Below are positions 1-8,271 of a DNA stretch of 64,000 nt, one piece after another (position 1 is the first letter of the stretch; each line of letters opens with the position of its first letter). Where the stretch lies: assembly GCA_964532425.1 (NCBI GenBank), contig CAZHIA010000008.1, positions 13,224-77,223 of the forward strand, in the 5' to 3' direction. The notes beneath the pieces were generated by a model that ran no database searches, was not told the DNA's origin, and worked only from the letters and a program-made list of their open reading frames with translations. The position numbers were made by a program, and so were the translations under genes. The DNA comes from an uncultured Candidatus Saccharibacteria bacterium. Lineage in GTDB: Bacteria > Patescibacteriota > Doudnabacteria > UBA920.

Positions 1-1
1 A

Positions 2-205
2 CCCACAATTACCAATCCGGCTGCTACAACCAGTACAGCTCAGACTACGAGCAGTTCCCCAGTGCTTACCCAGAAATACAGTGTTAACCCTACTACCGGG
101 TTCTGCGATTGGGGTTCAGCTCCCCGTCTGAACTGTCCGGCAGGCCAGAGAGCTTTTGAAGATCCTAATAAGTGTACTCAGACGTGTACGGACCTCGGAT
201 TCTAG
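2..205 (+). CDS. 3' end of an upstream gene (partial); Thr/Ser/Pro-rich, Cys-containing C-terminal tail of a probable secreted protein
   Basis: Frame 2 is open from the window edge to TAG at 203-205 and is followed directly by a terminator hairpin. No start codon lies inside the window. Confidence 0.35.
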   Translation, partial: PTITNPAATTSTAQTTSSSPVLTQKYSVNPTTGFCDWGSAPRLNCPAGQRAFEDPNKCTQTCTDLGF

Positions 206-213
206 TATCAATC

Positions 214-246
214 AAAAATCCCCGCCTATAAGGCGGGGATTTTATG
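214..246 (+). terminator. rho-independent terminator
   Basis: Hairpin atccccgcc-tataa-ggcggggat followed by a T-run. Confidence 0.6.
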
Positions 247-377
247 TTTTTCTTCATTCATGGTATAATATTTAAAAGTTCCAATACGTAAGCCTGTTTT
301 TCTCGAAACAAATATTCCATCTGGCCAGACCATTGGACATCCTTCCTTTGTCTTTCTTTACTTAATACAAACTTAAA

Positions 378-393
378 TCCCGTCCCCACGGGA
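378..393 (+). promoter_or_regulatory. conserved 5' leader hairpin of paralog 1 (tcccg-tcccca-cggga), followed by AGAAA and about 22 nt to the ATG
   Basis: An equivalent hairpin plus AGAAA sits at the same distance upstream of all four paralogous genes (3833-3847, 44855-44870, 60409-60421). An A/T-rich -10-like hexamer (taatac) lies about 10 nt upstream. Confidence 0.45.
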
Positions 394-404
394 AGAAATC
401 AACA

Positions 405-3137
405 TTGAAGCACTCTATGTTCAAAAAACGCTTCTCAATGGCAGCCGTGCTCTGTCTGGCCCTTGCGGCCCTGCTGCCATCTTCGAGTTCGGCTTTAACT
501 TTAGCCGAACTGACCGGTACGGTAGCGAATTCCTCCTACACCCCGGTCACCATCACCTCAGCAACGAATAAGACCATAACCATTACGGCCACCCCGCTGT
601 CTTTTGCCAGCAACCAGTGGATGTACCAGGTCTCATGGAACCGGACCAAGAATGCCAAAGGATCTTTGTACGTCTCCTTAAAGTCCAACAACGGCACGAA
701 AGTTGCTGCGGTAGCTACCGCAGATCAGGCAGGATCGACTACCTTTACCGCTCTGCCTTCTACTGCTTACCGGGTCGAATTCTACTCCCAGCCAAATGGC
801 AAGGGCAGCCTGCTTGTCCGCAAGTACTTTACGGCACTGGCGGCAGATAAAGCGGTGGTGGGGAATTATAACCCTGCAAATTACAGCTCATTATATTCCG
901 GATTAACCGGAGTGGTTACGTCGGGTGGTAATCCTGCCACAGCTACTCCCGGAGCCACCAGCGGGTATACCCCGTCAGCCCAATTGATCCTCAGCCTTGC
1001 GTTGCCGGGCCAAGACCAGGCTATAAATAGTTCCAGTGGGTTAGATACTCCCGTAGAGGCCATTAGTACCAAAGTCGGCGGTCCTATTCCCATGAACAGC
1101 TCAGGCTTGGTTGTGGTTCGTCTGGCTTACCAGGGCAACGACGGCAAGTGCTATATGGCTAACCGCGACGGCACGTTCCTATTGCCGACTACGAACTGCA
1201 GTACTCTACCGAAATTACCGAATTCCAATTCAACTGTCTCTTTGTACGATATACCGTCCGTAGCGACTCCGTCTTTTAACTGGAATGCAGGCGGCGGCCA
1301 GTGCGCCTTCTGGGACAAGGATCAGCTGACAAAACAGCCATTCCTCAATCAGGCTATCTGTGGCACCATGGCCGGCCAGCCTATGCCGCCGACGAACTTC
1401 TGTGCCACGTACCCGAACGACTCCACGTGTGCCGGCGTCACTCAATCTGCACAAAAGATTCTTGATATGATCGCCGCAGTAGGACAAACCCAAAATATCG
1501 GCAGTACCGGAGGTTCTGATGCAGAAGTTGAAAGCATGAGCACCAGGGTTGGAGGTCCGATTCCCATGAACAACTCCGGATTAGTAGTTGTGCGTCTTGC
1601 GTATAAGGGCAATGACGGCAAATGCTACCTTTCCAACCGCGACGGTACATTCCTCCTGCCGACCACCAACTGCGGCAACCTGCCCACACTGCCAAATTCC
1701 AATAGCACCGTTTCTCCTTATGACATCAAGCCGGTAGCAACTTCTAATTTTAATTGGCTCGCAGGTTACGGTCAGTGTGCCTTCTGGGACAAGGACCGTA
1801 CAACCGGCGTGCCCTTCCTGAATCAGTCTATCTGCGGCACCATGGCCGGCCAGCCCATGCCAGTCATGAATTTCTGCGCAGCGCACCCTAATGATGAAAC
1901 ATGTAAAGGATATGTTCAATCCGCCCAAAACATTTTGAGTCTCGCTTTACCGGGCCAAGACCAGGCTATAAATAGTTCCAGTGGGTTAGATACTCCCGTA
2001 GAGGCCATTAGTACCAAAGTCGGCGGTCCTATTCCCATGAACAGCTCAGGCTTGGTTGTGGTTCGTCTGGCTTACCAGGGCAACGACGGCAAGTGCTATA
2101 TGGCTAACCGCGACGGCACGTTCCTATTGCCGACTACGAACTGCAGTACTCTACCGAAATTACCGAATTCCAATTCAACTGTCTCTTTGTACGATATACC
2201 GTCCGTAGCGACTCCGTCTTTTAACTGGAATGCAGGCGGCGGCCAGTGCGCCTTCTGGGACAAGGATCAGCTGACAAAACAGCCATTCCTCAATCAGGCT
2301 ATCTGTGGCACCATGGCCGGCCAGCCTATGCCGCCGACGAACTTCTGTGCCACGTACCCGAACGACTCCACGTGTGCCGGCGTCACTCAATCTGCACAAA
2401 AGATTCTTGATATGATCGCCGCAGTAGGACAAACCCAAAATATCGGCAGTACCGGAGGTTCTGATGCAGAAGTTGAAAGCATGAGCACCAGGGTTGGAGG
2501 TCCGATTCCCATGAACAACTCCGGATTAGTAGTTGTGCGTCTTGCGTATAAGGGCAATGACGGCAAATGCTACCTTTCCAACCGCGACGGTACATTCCTC
2601 CTGCCGACCACCAACTGCGGCAACCTGCCGAAGCTGCCGAACTCTAACTCAACCGTATCCTCAAGCGATATTCCCGCCATGGCCACCCCTTCATTCAATT
2701 GGATTGCCGGTTTTAGCCAATGTGCGTTTTGGGACAAAGACCAGATGACAAAAGAACCGTTCCTAAACCAGGCTATCTGTGGCACCATGGCCGGCCAGCC
2801 CATGCCGCCGACGAACTTCTGTACCGTGTATCCGAACGACCCAACCTGTAAGTTGCCAGCCGATGCTCCGTCCCAAGTGTATTATTCTGTCGGCCAAGTT
2901 ATCGACCCGAGACAGACATATGACTACGCAGGGCGTGCCATGTCCAAGAGTCAGTTCTGCGCAACGTATCCTTTCCAGAATTGTGGTGATTATTACGACA
3001 GCTGGTACCAGACTGGCGCTGCTCCGCAAACTTCCAGTCAGACCGCAACCGGCAAGGCGTGTTATGCGGCTTCGGATTGCTCGTCGGGCCAGGCCTGTTT
3101 CGGAGTATCTTACGGCAAGGCAGGAACCTGCCAATAG
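405..3137 (+). CDS. giant secreted Cys-rich tandem-repeat protein, paralog 1 of 4 (signal peptide, conserved N-domain, 4 x ~157-aa repeat modules with VGGPIPMN / NFNW / CAFWDKD / ICGTMAGQPMP motifs, Cys-rich C-tail)
   Basis: 910-aa ORF with an N-terminal hydrophobic signal peptide ending SSSA-LTLAELTG. Strong internal periodicity and many NxS/T sequons. The N-terminal ~140 aa are nearly identical to those of ORF 3872-6469. Confidence 0.85.
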   Translation: MKHSMFKKRFSMAAVLCLALAALLPSSSSALTLAELTGTVANSSYTPVTITSATNKTITITATPLSFASNQWMYQVSWNRTKNAKGSLYVSLKSNNGTKVAAVATADQAGSTTFTALPSTAYRVEFYSQPNGKGSLLVRKYFTALAADKAVVGNYNPANYSSLYSGLTGVVTSGGNPATATPGATSGYTPSAQLILSLALPGQDQAINSSSGLDTPVEAISTKVGGPIPMNSSGLVVVRLAYQGNDGKCYMANRDGTFLLPTTNCSTLPKLPNSNSTVSLYDIPSVATPSFNWNAGGGQCAFWDKDQLTKQPFLNQAICGTMAGQPMPPTNFCATYPNDSTCAGVTQSAQKILDMIAAVGQTQNIGSTGGSDAEVESMSTRVGGPIPMNNSGLVVVRLAYKGNDGKCYLSNRDGTFLLPTTNCGNLPTLPNSNSTVSPYDIKPVATSNFNWLAGYGQCAFWDKDRTTGVPFLNQSICGTMAGQPMPVMNFCAAHPNDETCKGYVQSAQNILSLALPGQDQAINSSSGLDTPVEAISTKVGGPIPMNSSGLVVVRLAYQGNDGKCYMANRDGTFLLPTTNCSTLPKLPNSNSTVSLYDIPSVATPSFNWNAGGGQCAFWDKDQLTKQPFLNQAICGTMAGQPMPPTNFCATYPNDSTCAGVTQSAQKILDMIAAVGQTQNIGSTGGSDAEVESMSTRVGGPIPMNNSGLVVVRLAYKGNDGKCYLSNRDGTFLLPTTNCGNLPKLPNSNSTVSSSDIPAMATPSFNWIAGFSQCAFWDKDQMTKEPFLNQAICGTMAGQPMPPTNFCTVYPNDPTCKLPADAPSQVYYSVGQVIDPRQTYDYAGRAMSKSQFCATYPFQNCGDYYDSWYQTGAAPQTSSQTATGKACYAASDCSSGQACFGVSYGKAGTCQ
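1005..2629 (+). repeat. perfect 945-bp tandem direct duplication inside paralog 1 (copy 1 1005-1684, copy 2 1950-2629; 680 bp at 100% identity, rest of each unit homologous)
   Basis: Read directly from the sequence. Identical minus-strand shadow ORFs at 1230-1493 and 2175-2438 (offset 945). Each 945-bp unit holds two ~157-aa protein modules. Confidence 0.9.
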
Positions 3138-3171
3138 TCGATTGTCTGAAGTTGTTCTTTAGTAATCTACA

Positions 3172-3206
3172 ATACAAGCCCCGTCCGAATGGATGGGGCT
3201 TGTTAT
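3172..3206 (+). terminator. rho-independent terminator after paralog 1
   Basis: Hairpin aagccccgtcc-gaat-ggatggggctt followed by a T-rich run. Confidence 0.55.
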
Positions 3207-3257
3207 TATTCGGTTAATCCAATGCTGGGTATTACTGTTTAGTGGTATAATAAATAC

Positions 3258-3803
3258 ATGCTTATCTATACTATATTTTTGTTTCTCATGCTGCTTTTGG
3301 CAATTGTAGTTTTGATTGTCATTACCAGCGCGTTTTTAGGTTTTTTACTCACCCGCGTGCCGTTCGTACCGACGGCTGCTAAGGACATTGAATTTGTAGT
3401 TGATGAATTAGGGATCTCAGGAAAAGATATCTTCTTTGACCTGGGTAGTGGAGACGGCAAGGTTGTTTTTTTAGTGCATGAACTCAGCGGCGCCAAATGC
3501 GTCGGATACGAACTTACCTGGTGGACCCATTTGCTGGCCAAGATCAAAGCAATGTTCAAAGGCGTGAGCCCGGATGTCCAGTTCAAGAATCAGAATTTTT
3601 TCAAACAGAGCTGGAGTGAAGCTGATTATGTGTATGGTTATCTCTATCCGCCTCTCATGGGCAGGGTAGAGGAGAAGTTCCTGAATGAATGTAAGCCGGG
3701 TAGTACGGCTGTTATTCGGGATTTTCCGCTGCCGAACTTAAAGCCAGTTGCAGTGTATAATCGGCCAAGGAACCATGAAATATATATTTATAAAAAACAG
3801 TAA
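3258..3803 (+). CDS. membrane-anchored class I SAM-dependent methyltransferase (small)
   Basis: N-terminal TM helix, then methyltransferase motif I DLGSGDGKVVF, with acidic and hydrophobic motifs downstream. Confidence 0.6.
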   Translation: MLIYTIFLFLMLLLAIVVLIVITSAFLGFLLTRVPFVPTAAKDIEFVVDELGISGKDIFFDLGSGDGKVVFLVHELSGAKCVGYELTWWTHLLAKIKAMFKGVSPDVQFKNQNFFKQSWSEADYVYGYLYPPLMGRVEEKFLNECKPGSTAVIRDFPLPNLKPVAVYNRPRNHEIYIYKKQ

Positions 3804-3832
3804 GCAATCTTTTTATAATCCAAATTAAGCAC

Positions 3833-3847
3833 TCCTGTCCTGCAGGA
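3833..3847 (+). promoter_or_regulatory. conserved 5' leader hairpin of paralog 2 (tcctg-tcctg-cagga) with TATAAT at 3814-3819
   Basis: Same architecture as 378-393: -10 box, ~13 nt, hairpin, AGAAA, ~22 nt, ATG. Confidence 0.5.
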
Positions 3848-3871
3848 AGAAACCAAATCACAAATTACCCT

Positions 3872-6469
3872 ATGTTTAAAAAGCCCATCATGTTGGTAGT
3901 CGTACTTTGTTTGGCCTTGGCCAGTCTGGTTCCCGGCACAGGTTCGGCCCTGACGCTCTCCGAAATAACGGGGACGCAGGCCGTATCTTCCTACACCCCG
4001 GTCACCATCACCTCAGCAACGAATAAGACCATAACTATTACGGCTACGCCGCTGTCTTTTGCCAGCAACCAGTGGATGTACCAGGTCTCATGGAACCGGG
4101 CCAAGAACGCCAAAGGGTCTTTGTACGTCTCTCTCAAGTCCAACAACGGCACGAAAGTTGCTACGGTAGCTACCGCTGACCAGGCAGGATCGACCACCTT
4201 TACCGCTTTGCCCTCCACTGCTTACCGGGTCGAATTCTACTCCCAGCCGAATGGCAAGGGGAGTCTCCTAGTCCGCAAGTACTTTACGGCGCTGGCGGCG
4301 GAGAAGGCAAGTGTTATTGCTAATCAACAAAATCCGATCACTCAGACAATTCCGAATGGTACTGCTCTTACTAGTCAGCAGCTATTGAATCTCGTCAAAG
4401 TGGATGCTGGGTGCCAAAGCCCTTCCCATGGTTGCGGTTATGCGGGCCTGCTCGCATCGTATGCAGCAAAAGTCGGTGGACCAATTGATATGAGCAAGAA
4501 TACCATGGTCCTGCAGATAGCGTACCGGACAACCGATGGCTGTTATTATTGGGACCGCGATGGGAAGTGGCAGCTGTCAGCTGACCCGAAAACCTGTACC
4601 GATTTGCCCGTCTTAGCTGGAGGGGTTATTCCCGATCCGGCCAATCCTGATTTTAATTGGACTGCCGCCCATGCCATGTGTGGTTGGAAGGATCGCGATA
4701 AAACATCCGGTATTCCTTTTATCAATAACAGCATTTGTGGCGGCACGACGTACATGCAGCGCGGGTTCCAGTGTTTGGAACACCAGGGTGATCCGAATTG
4801 CACAGGGTATACTGCAACAATCCAGGACTATATAAACTTGGTAAAGATGGATTCTGGTTGCCAGAGCGTGACTGACAATTGCGGGTATGGGGACCGGCTT
4901 GCGGCGGTATCCCAAAAAGTCGGGGCAGGAATTAACGTTAGTGCCAAACAAACTTCAGTAGTACAGATCTTCTATCGCACAGCTGACGGTTGCTACTACG
5001 CCGATCGCAGCGGGACATGGAAGATGCCGCTTGCTGCTTCCCAATGTACCCAGCTTCCGCTTATTGCGGGCAGTATTCCGGATCCGAACAATCCGGACTT
5101 TAACTGGACCGCGGCGCATGCTGCTTGCGCGTGGCTTGATCAGGACCATTTAACCAAACAACCGTTCATGAATGCTTCCATATGCGGGGGAACGGTATAT
5201 ACTCAGCAAGGGTATAATTGTGTTGAACATCAAAATGATCCGAGCTGCACCGGGTATACACCAACCATCCAAGACTATATCAATTTGGTACAGCGCGATT
5301 CCGGCTGCCAGAGCGTAACGGATAATTGCGGGTATGGCGACCGTTTAGCTGCGGTGTCCCAGAAAGTGGGTGCAGGAATTAACGTTAATGCCAAACAAAC
5401 CTCGGTATTGCAAATTTTTTACCGAACCAATGACGGTTGTTACTATTGGGACCGATCTGGCCAATGGAAACTTCCCGTAAAGAGCTGCGGTGAATTGCCT
5501 TTGCTGGTGAACGGAAGCTTGCCCGACCCCGCGAATCCTGACTTTAACTGGAATGCGTCCCGCGCAACCTGCGGCTGGCTCGACCAGGACCATTTAACCA
5601 AGCAGCCATTCATGAACAACAGTGTGTGCGGCGGTACAGTATATATGCAAAAAGGTTTTAACTGCGTGGAGCATTCGACCGATCCGACTTGTTCCGGATA
5701 TGCCAAGACAGTACAGGATTATATCAATCTCGTGCAATGGGATTCCGGCTGCCAGAGCGTGACTGACAATTGCGGGTATGGGGACCGGCTTGCGGCGGTA
5801 TCCCAGAAAGTGGGTGCAGGCCTGAATGTGACAGCAAAACAAACATCGGTACTGCAAATCTTCTATCGCACTGCGGACGGTTGTTACTACGCCGACCGTA
5901 GCGGGACGTGGAAGATGCCGCTTGCTACTTCCCAATGTACCCAGCTTCCGCTGGTCACGGGTAACTTGCCTGATCCCAATAATCCTGACTTTAATTGGAA
6001 TGGCGCACATGCATCGTGCGGCTGGTTGGACCAGGACCATCTCACCAAGCAGCCATTCATGAACAATAGTGTATGTGGCGGTACTGTATACATGCAAAAT
6101 GGCTGGTGCTCAACCCATCCTTCTGACAGCAGCTGTCAAACCCCTTACCCGGTTCGCGGCATTATGGATGGCAAACCGGCGTACCCGTGGACAACGCCAT
6201 CTCAGACCAGCAGCGGATATATGACCATAGACCAATTCTGTAGTTACTACAGCAATCTAGCTACCTTCCCGTACACGTATAAGTACAATGAATGCGTGGC
6301 ATACTACACAAGCATCCAGCAAAATGCATCTTTCGATACGTCCTCGCAAAGCGGCGCACAAGCGACGACCGGCAGCGGGGTAGGAGCCCCCTGTCGCGTT
6401 TGGACCCAGTGTGCAGCCGGTTTATGGTGTTATGATGTTACCCCTGACCATAACGGGTATTGCAGATAA
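3872..6469 (+). CDS. giant secreted Cys-rich tandem-repeat protein, paralog 2 of 4 (conserved N-domain; 4-5 x ~150-aa modules with QDYINLV / GCQS / DPxNPDFNW / CGW-D-D / ICGGT motifs; Cys-rich tail)
   Basis: 865-aa ORF with signal peptide. The N-domain is ~90% nt-identical to paralog 1 (3988-4299 vs 534-845). Internal repeats with period ~435-450 bp. Confidence 0.85.
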   Translation: MFKKPIMLVVVLCLALASLVPGTGSALTLSEITGTQAVSSYTPVTITSATNKTITITATPLSFASNQWMYQVSWNRAKNAKGSLYVSLKSNNGTKVATVATADQAGSTTFTALPSTAYRVEFYSQPNGKGSLLVRKYFTALAAEKASVIANQQNPITQTIPNGTALTSQQLLNLVKVDAGCQSPSHGCGYAGLLASYAAKVGGPIDMSKNTMVLQIAYRTTDGCYYWDRDGKWQLSADPKTCTDLPVLAGGVIPDPANPDFNWTAAHAMCGWKDRDKTSGIPFINNSICGGTTYMQRGFQCLEHQGDPNCTGYTATIQDYINLVKMDSGCQSVTDNCGYGDRLAAVSQKVGAGINVSAKQTSVVQIFYRTADGCYYADRSGTWKMPLAASQCTQLPLIAGSIPDPNNPDFNWTAAHAACAWLDQDHLTKQPFMNASICGGTVYTQQGYNCVEHQNDPSCTGYTPTIQDYINLVQRDSGCQSVTDNCGYGDRLAAVSQKVGAGINVNAKQTSVLQIFYRTNDGCYYWDRSGQWKLPVKSCGELPLLVNGSLPDPANPDFNWNASRATCGWLDQDHLTKQPFMNNSVCGGTVYMQKGFNCVEHSTDPTCSGYAKTVQDYINLVQWDSGCQSVTDNCGYGDRLAAVSQKVGAGLNVTAKQTSVLQIFYRTADGCYYADRSGTWKMPLATSQCTQLPLVTGNLPDPNNPDFNWNGAHASCGWLDQDHLTKQPFMNNSVCGGTVYMQNGWCSTHPSDSSCQTPYPVRGIMDGKPAYPWTTPSQTSSGYMTIDQFCSYYSNLATFPYTYKYNECVAYYTSIQQNASFDTSSQSGAQATTGSGVGAPCRVWTQCAAGLWCYDVTPDHNGYCR

Positions 6470-6496
6470 ACCCTGGAATATTCAATATCTTTTAAA

Positions 6497-6531
6497 CCCC
6501 CTGGCAAGCCAGGGGGTTTTAAAATGCTTGC
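6497..6531 (+). terminator. rho-independent terminator after paralog 2
   Basis: aaaccccctggc-aagcc-agggggtttt hairpin plus T-run. Confidence 0.6.
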
Positions 6532-6696
6532 TCCAATCCATCGCAAATACGGGTGGAAATTTATTTTTTGTCTTTAGCACGAGGTTTCGTATTGTCTGTG
6601 GGCTGGCCGCCGTCCATTTAGTCAATGGTTTTATCAGTACTTGCAAAGTAAGGCGGGTGTCCGGTATCCGGCTTCCGCTGGCAAAAGGAATGGTAC

Positions 6697-8049
6697 ATGA
6701 AAAGCATATTGCATAGCATGGGAGGGATTGTACTCGTGTTCATTGTCGTGTTACTGCTGTCCGGACCGGCCGTTCAGGCAGCCGCACTCAATCATCAGAT
6801 AAGCCTGCCTGACGGCTATACGTGGTGTTCGGATAGCGATATTACAGGCCTGTTAGACCAAATTAATGCCTTGCGGGCCAAAAATAACTTGCCAGCGCTG
6901 GTGATGGACCAGGTTGGTATGAAAGACGCCGAATTGCGGGCGGTACAGGCGGCCGAGTATTTGCAAAGCCATGCTCCGGGTTCACCCGGCTTCTTCCCGC
7001 ACGAAGGCTATGATACTACAGCCTCATCGCTCGGGTATAACCTCGTGAGCGAGAATATTGCTCTCTATTCGAACGATCCTTCAGCTATCGTAAACGGATT
7101 ATGGCAGGACAATTTGCATTTGGCTGCAATGCTGGATCGGCAGGCTAATGTCGCGGGTGTTTCCTGCGTAGTAAATGGCATTCCGTATTGGACGTTTGAA
7201 CCGGGAATTGGTTCTGCTGCTTCCGTTACCACCCCAACCCCAATCCAACCATCCGCTGCACCGGTCCCTGCGCCAGTGCTAAATCCGAACCCGATTACAA
7301 CTGCCACCGCCACTACTACAGCCAGCAGTGCTGTCACATCCGATGAATCAGATTTCCTGAGCTTGCTGAATACATACCGTACGCAGCAGGGGTTGGGAAC
7401 GGTTCAAATTTCACCGGTACTTCAGAGCGCTGCCAACTGGATGAGTAACGATATGGCCACGAGTAACAATATGGGCAGCCATATCGACACGTTAGGGCGC
7501 AACCCCTATAGCCGCCTGGCCGCGTTCGGTTACACCGGCTCTCCGTGGGGAGAGGTAATCGCCGGCGGGTATCAAAGCGCCCAAGATGTTCTCACGGGGT
7601 TCATTAATGCCTGCGATCCGGATGTAACCGGGGCATGCACGTATAATCACCGCAAAATGCTGCTTGGGGCAGGTTTTCAGACTGTAGGTATTTCTACTGT
7701 AAACGGGTATTGGGTAATAGATTTAGGGGGTGCACCGGACCAGTCAAGCGGTAGTCAGCAACCGCCAGCAACCAGTATGCCCAATCTGCCTGCAGGTACC
7801 ATACCAGCGGCACCCACGCCCACAACGGTAGGGGATCCTGTCCAGACAAGCCCGGCTCTACCGGGCGAACAAACGGACAATCGTGCTGCTCGCGGGCAAT
7901 CTGTCGACCCTTCTCCATTGCTGCCACCAGCACAATCAACGGCCTCCTCGACTGATGGTTTGTCACCAAATACTTACACAACCCCCAGGACGCAATCTTC
8001 TGGCAGGCACCGCAGGCATCGCATAGTATTCCATCCGGGCGCTCATTAA
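6697..8049 (+). CDS. secreted protein with two CAP/SCP (YkwD-like) domains and a Pro/Thr-rich C-terminal tail
   Basis: Signal peptide. Two segments match the CAP-domain pattern (LRAKNNLPAL...HAPG...GENIA... and FLSLLNTYRTQQGL...MSNDMA...SH...GEVIAGG...YW). Low-complexity P/T/S tail. Confidence 0.65.
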   Translation: MKSILHSMGGIVLVFIVVLLLSGPAVQAAALNHQISLPDGYTWCSDSDITGLLDQINALRAKNNLPALVMDQVGMKDAELRAVQAAEYLQSHAPGSPGFFPHEGYDTTASSLGYNLVSENIALYSNDPSAIVNGLWQDNLHLAAMLDRQANVAGVSCVVNGIPYWTFEPGIGSAASVTTPTPIQPSAAPVPAPVLNPNPITTATATTTASSAVTSDESDFLSLLNTYRTQQGLGTVQISPVLQSAANWMSNDMATSNNMGSHIDTLGRNPYSRLAAFGYTGSPWGEVIAGGYQSAQDVLTGFINACDPDVTGACTYNHRKMLLGAGFQTVGISTVNGYWVIDLGGAPDQSSGSQQPPATSMPNLPAGTIPAAPTPTTVGDPVQTSPALPGEQTDNRAARGQSVDPSPLLPPAQSTASSTDGLSPNTYTTPRTQSSGRHRRHRIVFHPGAH

Positions 8050-8051
8050 AA

Positions 8052-8083
8052 AGTAAATCCCCCATATTTGGGGGATTTATTAT
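8052..8083 (+). terminator. rho-independent terminator
   Basis: aaatccccca-tatt-tgggggattt hairpin plus T-run. Confidence 0.55.
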
Positions 8084-8197
8084 TGAGGGGTGTGGAAAAG
8101 TCAGTAATATGAAGGATTGTTTCTACAATATATTATTAAAAATATGCTTTATAATAAGGGATAAGCGATAAAATATGTAAACTTTGTAGAAATTTTC

Positions 8198-8226
8198 TTG
8201 ACAAATATTTACCGGTGGTTTACTCT
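8198..8226 (+). promoter_or_regulatory. candidate sigma70 promoter (TTGACA-17-TACTCT) upstream of the GNAT gene
   Basis: Consensus -35 hexamer, a weak -10 at 17-nt spacing, and a GGAGG RBS at about 8254. Confidence 0.3.
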
Positions 8227-8271
8227 GGATATAGGAGTGTGATTTTTCAGAAGGAGGAAGCATTCTAAGCA

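Noticed and set aside
1230-2438. Minus-strand ORFs 1230-1493, 1438-1695, 1581-1928 and 2175-2438, and similar ones at 4546-6097, inside the giant-protein genes.
   Set aside because: These are shadow ORFs on the antisense strand of strongly supported long plus-strand genes. The identical pair (1230-1493 and 2175-2438) simply reflects the 945-bp duplication.
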